A DNA stretch of 46,074 bases from Bacteroidales bacterium (GTDB taxonomy: Bacteria; Bacteroidota; Bacteroidia; Bacteroidales; UBA12077), in contig JAWLEM010000002.1 of the NCBI GenBank assembly GCA_041686115.1, positions 1-46,074 on the forward strand, read 5' to 3'. The position numbers were made by a program, and so were the translations under genes. A model generated the notes under the pieces. It was given only the letters and a program-made list of their open reading frames with translations. It had not been told where the DNA came from and ran no database searches. Of the stretch, positions 45,222-46,074 are shown one piece after another. Numbering within the stretch: position 1 is the first letter of the stretch; each line of letters begins with the position of its first letter.

Positions 45222-45560
45222 TTATTTTAAGGCTTCAAACCGGCATCTTAACTCGTTATATTGAAATTCATTTGTATCTGATAAAGCATCTTCCCTGGTT
45301 GTTTCAATATCATTATAATCCAGTTGAAAATCGAACTGGTTTTTTGTAAAATCGACTCGTTTCCCGTTTATCAGGTTATAAAAATGCCATTGATTATTAA
45401 CTTTTGTTTTTAGTATTTTTCCCCCAAACCAGTCATTGATTACCAGTGCAGTTACACCACACTGGCCACTGTATGGGTTTTGTTTTGAATATTTACTGCT
45501 TGTTTTCTGGCTCCAGCATGTTAGCAATTTTTGCTCGATTAAATCGTAATTAAACTCCAT
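45222..45560 (-). CDS. YunG-like small protein
   Basis: LLTCWSQKTSS...NPYSGQCGVTALVINDWFGGKIL...HFYNLINGKRVDFTKNQF resembles the Bacillus YunG family as I remember it. Confidence 0.5.
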   Translation of the reverse strand: MEFNYDLIEQKLLTCWSQKTSSKYSKQNPYSGQCGVTALVINDWFGGKILKTKVNNQWHFYNLINGKRVDFTKNQFDFQLDYNDIETTREDALSDTNEFQYNELRCRFEALK

Positions 45561-45572
45561 ACTTAATAATAT

Positions 45573-46074
45573 TTAGTTGTTCAGCCATTTTTTAAAATTA
45601 GAAGCTCTTTCTATGCTTACAATGGTTTCCATTTCGTCATCTGCCGGCGGATTAAGCTTTAGTTTTACCCTGCCACGCGAAAAGGCTGTCATACTTTGTA
45701 TAGCATCCATATGAACAATATATTTTCTGTTGATTCTGAAAAATAGTTCCGGGTCTAGAACAGCTTCTAATGCATCCAGGGTGTAATCTACAGCCTTGGA
45801 ACCACCCTGGAATGTTTTTAAAAAAACATTTTTCTCGAGTGCATAAAACCACGCTATTTCGCTGGCTTCAATTTTTTTAATTTTATCACCAATTTGTATC
45901 AAAAAACGCTTTTTATAGTCTGGTTTTTTGTCTTGTATACCTGCCAGCAAACTTTCAAAATCAATAGAAAAGGCTGATTTTAATTTTTTATATTTCTGCA
46001 AACTGTCTTCCAGCTCACTTTTCCTTATAGGCTTTAAAAGGTAAGCAATGCTGTTTAGCTGAAAAGCTTTTATG
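45573..46074 (-). CDS. LytR/AlgR-type response regulator (LytTR DNA-binding domain; receiver domain runs off the window)
   Basis: The C-terminal region is LytTR-like (IEASEIAWFYALEKNVFLKT...FFRINRKYIVHMDAI). The frame stays open upstream to the window edge, reading AFQLNSIAYLLKPIRKSELEDSL, the typical end of a receiver domain. Confidence 0.8.
   Translation of the reverse strand, partial: IKAFQLNSIAYLLKPIRKSELEDSLQKYKKLKSAFSIDFESLLAGIQDKKPDYKKRFLIQIGDKIKKIEASEIAWFYALEKNVFLKTFQGGSKAVDYTLDALEAVLDPELFFRINRKYIVHMDAIQSMTAFSRGRVKLKLNPPADDEMETIVSIERASNFKKWLNN

Noticed and set aside
1-46074. Search for CRISPR arrays, rRNA, tRNA, integrase/transposase-bounded islands, DGR or retron reverse transcriptases, and invertible-promoter inverted repeats
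   Set aside because: I saw no regularly spaced direct repeats, no rRNA or tRNA signatures, no RT or site-specific recombinase genes and no long inverted repeats bracketing a promoter. The only transposase-like gene is the truncated RAYT.

Overview
AT-rich chromosomal segment, roughly mid-30s % GC by eye. It carries Bacteroidota hallmarks: a T9SS C-terminal sorting domain protein, a FISUMP lipoprotein, a PagL-like acyloxyacyl hydrolase, an HU/SPOR protein, TAnnTTTG-type promoter motifs and many lipoprotein signal peptides. I can support about 45 protein-coding genes. I found no rRNA, tRNA or CRISPR array. Most of the content is housekeeping or niche metabolism: EF-P, a PP2C phosphatase, an arginine decarboxylase/agmatinase/deoxyhypusine-synthase-like polyamine operon, a hybrid PAS sensor kinase, a VIT1/CCC1 iron transporter, GNAT, S41 and M16 peptidases, dGTPase, CorA, a pirin/cupin/CDGSH operon, a GH127-like/GT2/flippase-like set and an AI-2E transporter. 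The parts most worth a second look are as follows. (1) A tight three-gene operon at 19124-22543 encodes a canonical corrinoid-binding protein, an MtaA/URO-D-like methyltransferase with an apparently non-canonical zinc site, and a histidine kinase whose sensor domain looks like DUF1638. This is a candidate cobamide-coupled signalling system with no substrate methyltransferase, activase or response regulator nearby. (2) A convergent orphan-looking type II restriction-modification pair at 30998-33355 combines a novel PD-(D/E)xK candidate with a methyltransferase of unusual motif order. (3) A 5'-truncated REP-associated tyrosine transposase (RAYT) is flanked by GC-rich TGGCGC-core palindromes. Related GC-rich structured or dispersed elements sit in several other intergenic regions (16436-16508, 17330-17641, 22552-22633, 23640-23875, 28534-28708, 39886-40120). 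(4) A NADAR gene is followed by about 450 nt of structured non-coding sequence that ends in an intrinsic terminator. All family calls come from reading motifs by eye. No searches were run.
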